From the NCBI RefSeq assembly GCF_963921235.1, contig NC_086108.1, positions 23,250,001 through 23,314,000 of the forward strand: a DNA stretch of 64,000 nucleotides. Direction: 5' to 3'. Positions 52,220-64,000 of this stretch are shown here, piece after piece. Each line of letters opens with the position of its first letter. The stretch's first letter is position 1. The DNA comes from Mobula hypostoma (lineage: Eukaryota). Below the pieces are notes generated by a model. It saw only the letters and a program-made list of their open reading frames with translations. It did not search any database and was not told the origin of the DNA. Made by a program: the position numbers and the translations under genes.

Positions 52220-54107
52220 CTTCACCGCACCTTGTCCCCATTCCAACCTCACTCCTTCGGAACGCTCTGCTCTCCACTCCCTCCGCACTAATCCTAACAT
52301 TATTATTAAACCCGTTGATAAGGGGGGTGCTGTTGTAGTCTGGCGTACTGACCTCTACCTTGCCGAGGCACAGCGACAACTCGCGGATACCTCCTCTTAT
52401 TTATCCCTCGATCGTGACCCCACTAAGGAGCACCAGGCCATTGTCTCCCACACTATCAACGACTTTATCCGCTCAGGGGATCTCCCATCCACTGCTACCA
52501 ACCTTATAGTTCCCACACCCCGCACTTCCCGTTTCTACCTCCTACCCAAGATCCACAAACCTGCCTGTCCTGGCCGACCTATTGTCTCAGCTTGCTCCTG
52601 CCCCACCGAACTCGTTTCTGCATACCTCGACACTGTTTTATCACCCCTTGTTCAATCCCTTCCGACCTATGTTCGTGACACTTCTCACGCTCTTAAACTT
52701 TTCGATGATTTTAAGTTCCCTGGCCCCCACCGCTTTATTTTCACCTTGGATGTCCAGTCCCTATATACTTCCATCCCCCATCAGGAAGGTCTCAAAGCTC
52801 TACGCTTCTTTTTGGATTCCAGACCTAATCAGTTCCCCTCTACCACCACTCTGCTCCGTCTAGCAGAATTAGTCCTTACTCTTAATAATTTCTCCTTTTG
52901 CTCCTCCCATTTCCTCCAAACTAAAGGTGTAGCTATGGGCACCCGTATGGGTCCTAGCTATGCCTGCCTTTTTGTTGGGTTTGTGGAACAATCTATGTTC
53001 CGTGCCTATTCTGGTATCTGTCCCCCACTTTTCCTTCGCTACATCGACGACTGCATTGGCGCTGCTTCCTGCACGCATGCAGAACTCGTTGACTTTATTA
53101 ACTTTGCCTCCAACTTTCACCCTGCCCTCAAGTTTACCTGGTCCATTTCTGACACCTCCCTCCCCTTTCTAGATCTTTCTGTCTCTGTCTCTGGAGACAG
53201 CTTATCCACTGATGTCTACTATAAGCCTACTGACTCTCACAACTATCTGGACTATTCCTCTTCTCACCCTGTCTCTTGCAAAAACGCCATCCCCTTCTCG
53301 CAATTCCTCCGTCTCCGCCACATCTGCTCTCAGGATGAGGCTTTTCATTCTAGGACGAGGGAAATGTCTTCATTTTTTAAAGAAAGGGGCTTCCCTTCCT
53401 CCACTATCAACTCTGCTCTTAAACGCATCTCCCCCATTTCACGTACATCTGCTCTCACTCCATCCTCCCACCACCCCACTAGGAATAGGGTTCCCCTGGT
53501 CCTCACCTACCACCCCACCAGCCTCCGGGTCCAACATATTATTCTCCGTAACTTCCACCACCTCCAACGGGATCCCACCACTAAGCATATCTTTCCCTCC
53601 CCGCCTCTCTCTGCATTCCGCAGGGATCGCTCCCTACACAACTCCCTTGTCCATTCGTCCCCCCCATCCCTCCCCACTGATGTCCCTGCTGGCACTTATC
53701 CGTGTAAGCGGAACAAGTGCTACACATGCCCTTACACTTCCTCCCTTACCACCATTCAGGGCCCCAAACAGTCCTTCCAGGTGAGGCATCACTTCACCTG
53801 TGAGTCGACTGGGGTGATATACTGCGTCCGGTGCTCCCGATGTGGCCTTTTATATATTGGTGAGACCCGACGCAGACTGGGAGACCGCTTTGCTGAACAT
53901 CTACGCTCTGTCCGCCAGAGAAAGCAGGATCTCCCAGTGGCCACACATTTTAATTCCACATCCCATTCCCATTCTGACATGTCTATCCACGGCCTCCTCT
54001 ACTGTAAAGATGAAGCCACACTCAGGTTGGAGGAACAACACCTTATATTCCGTCTGGGTAGCCTCCAACCTGATGGCATGAACATTGACTTCTCTAACTT
54101 CCGCTAG
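52220..54107 (+). CDS. PLE reverse transcriptase plus GIY-YIG endonuclease (N-terminally truncated)
   Basis: Motifs IKPVDKG, LPKIHK, PGRPIVS, DVQSLY, GVAMG, LRYIDD, the Cys cluster CKRNKCYTC, and GVIYCVRCSRCGLLYIGET...RFAEH. Confidence 0.9.
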
Positions 54108-54400
54108 GCCCCACCTCCCCCTCGTACCCCATCTGTTACTCTTTTTAATGCACACATTCTTTCTCTCACTCTCCTTTTTCTCCCTCTGTCCCTCTGAATA
54201 TACCTCTTGCCCATCCTCTGGGTCACCCCCCCCCCCGTCTTTCTTCCCGGACCTCCTGTCCTATGATCCTCTCGTATCCCCTTTTGCCTATCACCTGTCC
54301 AGCTCTCGGCTCCATCCCTCCCCCTCCTGTCTTCTCCTATCATTTTGCATCTCCCCCTCCCCCTCCAGCTTTCAAATCCCTTACTCACTCTTCCTTCAGT

Positions 54401-54438
54401 TAGTCCTGACGAAGGGTCTCGGCCTGAAACGTCGACTG
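54401..54438 (+). ncRNA. Minimal type I hammerhead ribozyme, copy 1
   Basis: agtc-CTGACGA-agg(gtctcgg)cct-GAAA-c-GTC-gact. Stem I is agtc/gact, and a palindromic ACGT replaces stem III. Predicted cut after 54433. Confidence 0.8.
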
Positions 54439-54887
54439 CGCCTCTTCCTATAGATGCTGCCTGGCCTGCTGCGTTCACCAGCAACTTTGATGTATGTTGC
54501 TTGAATTTCCAGCATCTGCAGAATTCCTGTTGTTTATATTCCGTCTTGATAGCCTAAACCTGATGGCATGAACATTGACTTCTCTAACTTCTGCTAATGC
54601 CCCACCTCCCCCTCGTACCCCATCCGTTATTTATTTATATACACACATTCTTTCTCTCTCTCTCTCCTTTTTCTCCCTCTGTCCCTCTGACTATACCCCT
54701 TGCCCATCCTCTGGGTTTTTTTCCCCCTCCCCCTTTTCCTTCTCCCTGGGCCTCCTGTCCCATGATCCTCTCATATCCCTTTTGCCAATCATCTATCCAG
54801 CTCTTGGCTCCATCCTGTCTTATCCTATCATTTTGGATCCCCCCTCCCCCTCCCACTTTCAAATCTCTTACTAGCTCTTCCTTCAGT

Positions 54888-54925
54888 TAGTCCTGATGAA
54901 GGGTCTCGGCCTGAAACGTCGACTG
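54888..54925 (+). ncRNA. Minimal type I hammerhead ribozyme, copy 2
   Basis: agtc-CTGATGA-agggtctcggcct-GAAA-c-GTC-gact. Differs from copy 1 only at the variable N7 position. Predicted cut after 54920. Confidence 0.8.
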
Positions 54926-54999
54926 CGCCTCTTCCTATAGATGCTGCCTGGCCTGCTGCGTTCACCAGCAACTTTGATGGATGGTGGGGTTTAAACTAA

Positions 55000-55311
55000 T
55001 CATAGTCATAGTCATAGTCATAGTCATACTTTATTGATCCTGGGGGAAATTGGTTTTCGTTACAGTTGCACCATAAATAATACATAGTAATAGAACTATA
55101 AATAGTTAAATAGTGATATGTAAATTATGCCAGAAAATTATGAAATAAGTCCAGGACCAGCCTATTGGCTCAGAGTGTCTGACCCTCCAAGGGAGCAGTT
55201 GTAAAGTTTGATGGCCACAGGCAGAAACTTTACAACTCCTCCCTTGGAAGGTCAGACACCCTGAGCCAACAGGCTGGTCCTGGACTTATTTCATAATTTA
55301 CTGGCATAATT
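55000..55311 (-). mobile_element. LINE (Rex1-type) 3' tip with (CATAGT)n tail and fold-back duplication
   Basis: Tail at 55000-55028, inverted arms 55123-55209 and 55225-55311, AACTA on both flanks. Confidence 0.7.
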
Positions 55312-58300
55312 GAACTAGAGTTACAGGGGGCTGGGAACCGGAGTACCAGAACAGTTAGTGGAGAGGTTGTGGAGGCAGATGTTGGTAAGAGCTCAGACAA
55401 AGTTAGGAGTCAAGACGTTGAACATGGCATGACTAGTATCCTGTGCTGTGTATATTTCAATTCAAGAAGGATCGTAAGAAAGGCAGATGGTAGTGCTGAA
55501 GATGAGGTAGCAGGTTTACCAACAGAGAAAATGTGTAGTGAGGAGGGGCTGTTGATAAGGCAAAATTGCAATCAACAGGATGAGTTGCAATGTAAAAAGA
55601 GGACAAAATTGAAAAGGGTGAATACAGGACTGAAGGCGTTATATTTCAGTGCATGCAGCATACGGACTAAGGTAGACGAACTTGCAGCACAGTTGCAGAT
55701 TGGCAGGTATGATGTCGTAGACGTCACTGTATCATGGCTGAAAGAAGATCATAGCTGGGAGCTTAATGTCTAAGGATACACATTGTATCAAAAGGACAGG
55801 TAAAAAGGCAGAGAGGGTGGTGTTTTGGTAAAAAAATGAAATCCTATCATTATAAAGAGATGGCATTGGGTCAAAGGTGTTGAATCATTCTGGATAGAGC
55901 TAAGAACTGCAAATGTAAAAAGAACTCGAATGGAGTTGTGTACAGGTCCCCAAACAGTAGTAAGGATATGGTCTACAAATTACAATGGGAGATAGAAAAT
56001 GCATGCCTAAAGGGCAATGTTACAATAGTCACAGGGGATTTAAGTATGTAGGTAGGTTGGGAAAATCAGGTGCTGGATTCCAGGAGGGAGAGTACCTGGA
56101 GTGCCCATGAAGCGGCTTTTTAGAGCAGCTCATGGTTGAGCCCACTAGGGGATCAGCTATTCTGGATTGCAATGAGAATTTAAGATAAAAGAACCCTTAG
56201 GGACAAGTGATCATAATATAATTGAATTCACCTTGAAATTTGAGAAGGAGAAGTTAAAGTCAGATATAGTAAAGGGAATTACAGAGGCATAAGAGAGGGG
56301 CGAGGCAGAATTGATTGGAAAAGAACACTGACAGGGATGATGGCGGAGCAGCAATGACTGAAATTTCTGGAAGCAATTCAGAAGGCACAAGATATATACA
56401 TCCCAACCATGACACAAATGACACAACTGTGGCTAGCAAGAGAGGTCAAAGCCAACATAAAAGCCAAAGAGTGGGCATATAATAGAGCAAAAATTAGTGG
56501 GAAGTTAGATGATTGGGAAGATTTTAAAAACTAACAGAAGGCAACTAAAAAAGTCATTAAGAAGGTAAAGATGGAATACGAAAGTCAGCTAGCCAATAAT
56601 GTTAAAAAGGATACCGAAAGTTTCTTCAGATACATAAAGTGTGAAAGAGGGATGAGAGTGGATATCGAACTACTGGAAAATGATATTGGAGAGGTAGTAA
56701 TAGGGACAAGGAAATGTTGGATGAACTGAGTAATAGTTTGCATCAGCCTTCACTGTGGAAGACACTAGCAGTATGGTGGAAGTTCCAAGTGTCAGAGGTC
56801 ATGAAGTTTGTGAAGTTACCATGACTAGAGAGAAGGTTCTTGGGGAACTGCAAGGTTTGAAGGTAGATGAGACCTGGACTAGATGGTGTACACCCCAAGG
56901 TTCTGAGAAAGGTGGCTGAAGAGATGGTGAAGGCATTAGTAATGATCTTTCAAGAATCACTAGATTCTGGAAGACTGGAAAATTGCATGTCACTTCACTC
57001 TTCAAGAAGGGAGAGAAGCAGAAGAAAGAAAATTATAGGTCAGTTAGTATGACCTTGATGTTTGAGAAGATGTTGGAGTCAATTGTAATGGATGTGGTTT
57101 CAGGGTACTTGGAAGCACATGATAAAATAGGCTGTAGTCAGCATGGATTCCTCAAGTGGAAATCTTGCCAGACAAATTTGTTGGCATTCTTTGAAGAAAT
57201 AACAAGCAGGATAGACAAAGGAGAATTGGTTGATGTTGTGTGCTGGGGTTTTCAGAAGGCCTTTTACAAGGAGCCATACACAAAGTTGCTTAACAAGTAC
57301 CCCAAAAGCCCATGGTATTACAAGAAAGATTCTAGCATGGCTAGCATGATAAAGCAATGGCTCATTGGCAGGAGGTAAAGAATGACAATAAAGGGAGCCT
57401 TTTCTGGTTGGCTGCCAGTGACTAGTAGTGTTCCACAGGGGTCTCTATTGGTACTGATTCTTTTTATGTTATATGTCAACGATTTGGATGATGGAATTGA
57501 TGGCTTTGTTGCAAAGCTTGCAGATGATATGAAGATAGGTGGAGGTGCATGTAGTTTTGAGGAAGTATTGAGGCTACAGAAGGACCTAGACAGATAAGGA
57601 GAATGGGCAAAGAAGCGACAGATGGTATACAGTGTTGGGAAGTGTATGGTCATGCAGTTTCGTAGAAGAAGTGAAAGGGTTGAATATTTTCTAAATGGAG
57701 AGAAAATACAAAAAAGTACTGAGGTGCAAAAGGACTTGGCAGTCCTCGTGCAGGAGTCACTAAAGCTTAATTTGTGGGTTGAGGTCATGGTGAGGAAGGT
57801 AAATGCAATGTTAGCATTAATTTTAAGAGGAGTAGAATTTAAAAGCAAGGATGTAATGTTGAGACTTTATAAAGCACTGGTGAAGCCTCACTTGGGGAGT
57901 ATTGTGAATAGTTTTGGGCCTCTTATCGAAAAAAGGATGTGCTGACTCAGGAGAAGGTTCACATGAGGTTCAGGAAAATGACTTCAGGATTGACTGGCTT
58001 GTCATATGAAGAGCTTTTGATGGCTCTGGACCTATATTCACTAGAGTTCAGAAGAATGAGGGGTAACTTCATTGAAACCTATTGAAAAGTGAAATGCCTT
58101 GATGAGTGGATGTGGAGAGGATGTTTCCTACGGTGAGAAAGTCTAAGACCAGAGGACACAGACTCAGAATAGAGGGGCGTCCTCTTAGAATGGAGATGAG
58201 GAGAGTGGTGAATCTGTGGAATTCTCTACCACAGGCAGCTGTGGAGGCCAGGCCTTTATATATATTTAAGGCCGAGATTAATAGGTTCTTGATTGGTCAG

Positions 58301-61300
58301 GGCATGATTTTGGGCCAGAGGGGAAAAATTAGATCAGCCACAATGAAATGGTGGAGCAGATTCGATGGGCCAAATGGCCTAATTCTGCCGTTGTATTTTA
58401 TGGGCACATGGTATGGCCAATGGTTCTATTTTGGGGTAGTTGGGGGAGGAGATGTCGCTTGTTTGCAGCCACTTATGGATAAGCTTGGTACAGATCTAGG
58501 GTGGGCTGAATGATGGATGTCAGCACTTCTGGTGCTTCTCCCTAGCACAGCAAATCATGCTGCAGGAATTGGCTGGGAAATCTGCCGCTGTGAGCCAATG
58601 CAGGATGGATCTGGCATTGGATCAGAATACACTTCCATTTTTAATGGCAACCTCTGACATGAAGATGAGGAGGTTAATTATTTAACTTTATTTTTGTAAC
58701 TTATTAAAGTTTGAATGTAGTAGTTTAATTCCCAAAAGCAAAATATAGCAGAGCTGAGAACTAACTGAGTTATTTGACACAGGAGGCCATTTAGCCCATC
58801 GTGTCATTAGAGCTCCTAGCAGAATTATCCCATCAATCTCATTACCTGTCACCTCTCTATGACCCTATGACCTATTCTCTCTTGCACATGCCCCTTTTGT
58901 CACTGAGGGGCAATCTGGGAATTTGGGAAAACCAGAATAACACAGAGTTTTGGAGAGAATATGCAGACTCCACAAGGCGAGTGTCTGGGGTAAGGGTTAA
59001 ACCTGGACTTTCTGGAGCTATTTTGTTTGTAGGCTGAACTGAGTATTTCAACCCATTGGCTACACTGCCTACTCACTTTATTAAAGAATTCAGTTGCAAC
59101 CTCATTTTGTTTTTTATAGATTTTTTTTTGTTCAATACTATTTAATATTATACAATCTTGCTGTCTTGACTGGCTTGTAGTTGATGGCTTTATCCCACTT
59201 CTTTTTTAAACAACGGATGTAACACCAGGGCATCATTATAGGATTACTGATATTTCTGCTGTGATTCTCTGAGCTAGCCCCTAACATTTTTATTTGGTTC
59301 GGGATCAGATTCATTTGGGTCTGCTGGGTTGGGAAAATGCCCAAGCACAGAAAATAATTCTGTTTTGCTCATGTCCCTAATCACATGGTTAACTCCAGGG
59401 GAAATGGCTAAATGATTCTAATCTGGTGGACTGTTCTCACCATGTTATGCAAACTAGGACCAATCGAAAAGGGCTTGGATATAAGAGTGGAAGAAACATT
59501 TTGTGATTGCATGGAATTTCTTTCTAACAAAAAAAGAGAAACCGAGTAACTTGGCTGTTGCTGAGGTCAGCAATTTATTAAAGATTTATGGACAAAAAGT
59601 GCAAGGATTGATAATGTATATCAATTAAAAATAACTCAAAAGGATAGTGGAACACAGAATTAAATGGGAATAAAGATTATGATGTGTTGTGAGTCTGGAA
59701 GGGAGGTGCATCAGTTAGTAGACTATGATCAACAAGTATGCCAATTTGTATAAAAGTTACCTTAAATGATTGTTGATTGCTACAGTTACTTAGGAATAAA
59801 AGCTCTTGTTTAGACTAGGGCCAGTGATGGGTGAACCTGTTGCTCTAACATTTCTGTGTGACAGTATATATCCTTGATAATAAAGCTGATTCTGATTTCA
59901 CTGTCATCAAATTCCCAGCTTCCAATTCGTACCTCATCTATATTTCTTGGAAAGGTCTGAGTTTGAGATGTTTCTAGAAGTGTAGGGAGCCAGGTTTTCC
60001 CAGCTTGTATTGTTGCTGGTGATGGTAATGTACCTGCGAGTTTACTGTGACCCTATGTGGATGAAACAGGAGGCGTTGTTTTTGAGGAACTAACAGATCA
60101 AGCAGCCACAACTAAAGCATATGCTTGAGGAAACCCAAGAACTAAGTGGCCTGGAATTATACAGAGCAACAGCAATACATGAAAACTAAGCAAATTTGTC
60201 TGATGAACCTCTCATTACTCTCTCATAGAGCTGTTAATTAAGCTAAAGTAAACAGTCACTGGACCATTAAAATAAAGGGAATTCAGGGAAGTGCTTTAAA
60301 TGTTGATGCAGTTGCATTTTGAAGCAAAAGTATTTACAAGTTAATAAAATGATGTAATATTATAAAATTGAGGAGCTGCTTAGGAGCAGATGGAACTCTG
60401 TGAATGGTCAAAGAATAGCAAATGCTCTCTGAATCTTCATTGTGAAATATCTGAGAGACACAAATCCTAAATAGAGTTGACTGTTGAATTAGGAATCAGT
60501 CAAAATAAATAATTATCTTGACCGATCCCCAATAAAAAATAATTATTGTTTTTACATCCTGTACTTATAACACCATTAAAAGAGGCTATTTCTTCCATTG
60601 GGTTCATCTTAGCTTCTAGTCAAGAAATCACATTAGTCCTATACTCCTGCTTATTTCCACACAGATCTTGTACGCCTATCAACTCTCCTTTAGTTGTTTT
60701 TGCCATTTATCTGTACTGAGCGATAATTTATTAATGCATATCTTAGGACATGGAAGGAAACCAAAGCACCTGGTGGAAACTCCCACCATGTAGAGGGAGA
60801 ATATTCCAGACATTAGAGGTCTGTGTTGAATGTGGTTCACTATTTACCACAAGTTTTACATTTTCCTATGTTCTGTTGGGTTGGTACTCAGATAAAAAGA
60901 TTATTATATTTCTTGTTTTCTGGAAAGCAGTGCTCTTTATGCCAAAAAACAGAGATCAGTGAATTACCTTTCAAAGATAAAAGCTTGCATCGAGTCGCAC
61001 ATGATAATGAGGCCTTGTACTCTCCAGCCAATGTTCAGGGTCAAATTTGGCACTGCTTTATCTTGAGAGAACCTTGGTATTTCTGCAAGATGTAAAAGTG
61101 TGTTAAGAATACCTTCAAGTAACATAGTTGGCTGCAGGAAATCAACATGTGATGATAGATGATTCCCACATCACTTGTGTTAGACTCCAAGCCATTTGTA
61201 CAAGAATCAGTCAACTTTACACTGGTTGCTCTCAGATCTATCCAAACTTGATCTCATTCTGTTCTTGAACTTCAAAGATTTTTCTTAATTTAAAAAAATC

Positions 61301-62013
61301 AGAATTTGCAAAACTTTGATATTCCTTTAAAACAGCATCTGCAAATCATTGTAGTTGTCATTTCATTTTTACGTGCCTTTTTTCTTTTTTTTTTGAAATC
61401 CAGTGAAAACTGATTTAACTTTAAAGGATTTAACTTTTCCTGTTTCATTCTAATTTCTTAAGAGCAGAAAACTTTGTAAAAATTATTCTTTGAATCATTT
61501 TTTTAAACACACCGGTCACTCTCAATGCTCATCTAAACAAATACGAAAATTTAGGCATTTAGAAGTTAGGTCATAGATAAAGTCAAGATTCCTGTAGGAA
61601 TTGGCTGAGCCAAGTGAGATGAAAGGCTTATCCAATTGATGTAATTCACTGGAGTTTTCAGGGAGAAATAGATGAAAGTCCATTTCAATGAAAATTATTA
61701 AGATTTATAGAACCTTAATTTTATGGATTGAAAGCCATATTGGCAGTATTTAACAAAAGGTGATATTTCAAGGATAATGTGGAGATATTCACTTATGAGG
61801 TTTTGCCCTGTTTGTTTTGCGACATCACTCTGTTCTTTTTTTTACTGGTCACGGAGAGTATTTCTTGAAGTGTTTGTCGCTAATATTTTTGAATATGGAG
61901 TGGGAAAGAGTTATTCATTTATATCTTTATCTGCAGGGCTATTTATCCAAAATGTTATTATTTTTCAGTCTTGCCTGGCAAAGTTAGACAATGAGAATAT
62001 CAGCTTTGCACTA

Positions 62014-63279
62014 TCGTTAAATATGAGAGATTCTGCAGATGCTGGAAATCCAAAGCAACACACACAAAATGCTGGAGGAACTCGGCAGGTCAGGCAGTAT
62101 CTATGTAAACAAATAAGCAGTCGATGTTTAGGGCTGAGACCCTTCTTCAGGACCAAAAAGGAAGTGGGAATATGCTAGAATAAAAAGGCGGTGGGGGGGG
62201 GGGGGAAGGAGGATAGCTGGAATCAGATGAGTTCGAAAGCTAAAAGGCTGGAGAAGAAGGAACCTGATAGGAGAGGAGAGTGGACAATAGCCTCTGCTTC
62301 CAACACAGCATCGTCCGCAATTTCTGTCATCTCCAAAAGCACTTTAGTCTTACCACAAAACATAACTTTACCTCCCCCTTCACTCTTCTTTCTGCAGGGA
62401 TCACTCCCTCCATGATTCCCATGTCCATTCATCCCTCCGCACTAATCTCCCTCCGAACACATATCCCTGCAAGTGGCCAAAGTGCTACATCTGCCTATTC
62501 CTCTCTCACCTCCGTTCTGGGCCCCAAACAGTCCTTCAAGGTGAGGCGACACTTCACCTGTGAATCTGCTGGAGCCATCTGGTGTCTGTTGCTTTCAATG
62601 TGGCATTCTCTATATTGGTGAGATCTGTCATAAGTTGGGAGACTGCTTCATTGAGCACCTCCACTCCATCTGCCAAAAGCAGAACTTCCCAGTGCCAAAT
62701 GTTTTAATTCCAATTCCCCTTCCCACATGCCAGTCTATGGCCTCGTCTTGTGCCAAGATGAGTCCACCCTTAGGGTGAAGGAGCAATACCTTGTATTCCA
62801 ACTGGGTAGCTTCCACCCAATTTATCCTTCCATTAAAAAAATTCCCTCCCCCTCCCATCTTCCTCTATTCCCCACTCTTGCCTCTTACCTTTTCTCACCT
62901 GCCTATTACTAACCACCCCCCCCCCCCGGCCCCCGTATGCCATCACCCTTCCCTATCTCCTATGGTCCACTCTCCTCTTCTATTAGATTCCTTCTTCTCT
63001 GGCCCTTTATTTTCCAATCCACCTGGCTTCACCAATCACCTTTTAGCTAGTCTCCTTCCACTTCCCCCACCTTTTTATTCTGGCATCTTCCCCTTTCCTT
63101 TCGAATTGAATTGAATTGGATTGGCTTTATATCTTACATCCTTCACATATATGAGGAGTAAAAATCTTTATGTCATCTCCATCCTGAAGAAGGTTCTCAG
63201 CCTGAAACGTTGACTGTTTATTCATTTCCATCGGTGTTGCCTGACCTGCTGAGTTCCTCCAACAGTTTGTCTGTGTTGC
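62014..63279. mobile_element. Decayed PLE with inverted pseudo-LTRs at both ends
   Basis: Minus pseudo-LTR at 62021-62290, then plus GIY-YIG remnant and pseudo-LTR at 62290-63279. 15-bp TSD ATCAGCT(T/C)TGCA(C/T)TA (61999-62013 and 63280-63294). Confidence 0.85.
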
Positions 63280-64000
63280 ATCAGCTCTGCATTACTCACA
63301 ATTCGTTCCATATTTCCATTTTGATTGGTATTGTGCTTTCATTTGTATGTGTGCAAGCTGTATATCCTGGCTGCAGAGAAAGGTAGTAGCTGACACAATG
63401 GACAAACAATGTCACCAGCAGCATATTGGTGAGCTTGTATGTCTCACATTTTTCTATCATAGGGAGGTGGAATGAAGCAATTCATAGAGATCTCTGATGA
63501 AATGAAAACTGCTGAGATAAGTGGTACAGTGTGACATACACAAATTCTTCAGGGCAGTTTCTTATGGCATGAATATACACAAACAAAATTGACTTCTTAA
63601 AATCTTATATGTACTGCTAAAGCTTGAGGGAGTGTTCTGCACTGTTGTTTTATTGTTGGGGTCAATACGTTGTCCTGTGTTTTGTTTTTTGTAATGTAAT
63701 GTTTAACGTACACCTTCTGCCTGATTTCCCAATCATCTGGCACTTGCAGTCATTCTTATACTTGGTCACGTAGTTAGTGATTTTTTAATCATATCTCAGC
63801 TTCATTAATGTTTTTATCCCTAACTTTATTTGGTGTACTGGTGCAATTGAAATTTGCATTGTTTGAATCATTGCCACAATAACTCAATTAATCTGGATTG
63901 CTTGATTTAACACCACAGCCACCATGGTGCTGATCCCCTTCCTCTTAACGCAACTGGAATTGCACACTGGAATCATAATCGAACAGATATGCTGCTTATC

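Larger units (their letters stand above)
52220..54980 (+). mobile_element. Young 5'-truncated Penelope-like element (Neptune-like) with tandem pseudo-LTRs
   Basis: Uninterrupted frame to 54107, two copies of the 3' repeat, and a 9-bp TSD ATGGTGGGG (52211-52219 and 54981-54989). Confidence 0.93.
51760..58400 (+). mobile_element. Near full-length decayed CR1 with SGNH/esterase-type ORF1, split by PLE and Rex1-type insertions
   Basis: ORF1 remnant VVVDVGTND...VVISGLLP...DDLHLNWRG (51860-52219) resumes at 54981. ORF2 remnants span 55620-58300 (LYFSACSIRTK, NYRSVS, LADDMKIG). Confidence 0.85.

Noticed and set aside
59000..64000. Next PAPPA2 exon (expected to continue the Met-turn region, D-D-x-C...)
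   Set aside because: No matching frame with splice sites was seen; it probably lies beyond the window.

Overview
Vertebrate nuclear DNA; the repeat landscape suggests a cartilaginous fish, probably a ray (inference). The only host gene I can support is pappalysin-2 (PAPPA2), seen as two + strand coding exons (26831-26976 and 49030-49323). The second carries the metzincin HExxHxxGxxH zinc site and Met-turn, and the two are separated by a 22-kb intron. The rest is intronic and dominated by transposons: CR1, Rex1/Babar, L2 and RTE LINE pieces, tRNA-derived SINEs, a solo LTR, DNA-transposon derivatives and Penelope-like elements (PLEs). The most interesting signal is a young PLE (52220-54980) with an intact RT plus GIY-YIG frame. 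It is followed by two tandem pseudo-LTRs, each carrying a minimal hammerhead ribozyme, with predicted cleavage sites 487 nt apart. Dispersed short copies of the same ribozyme-bearing unit occur across the window, which suggests a retrozyme-like system. There are also two deep nests of insertions, two long hairpins and a recurrent inverted Rex1 architecture. All calls are by eye; no searches were run and the boundaries of old repeats are approximate.
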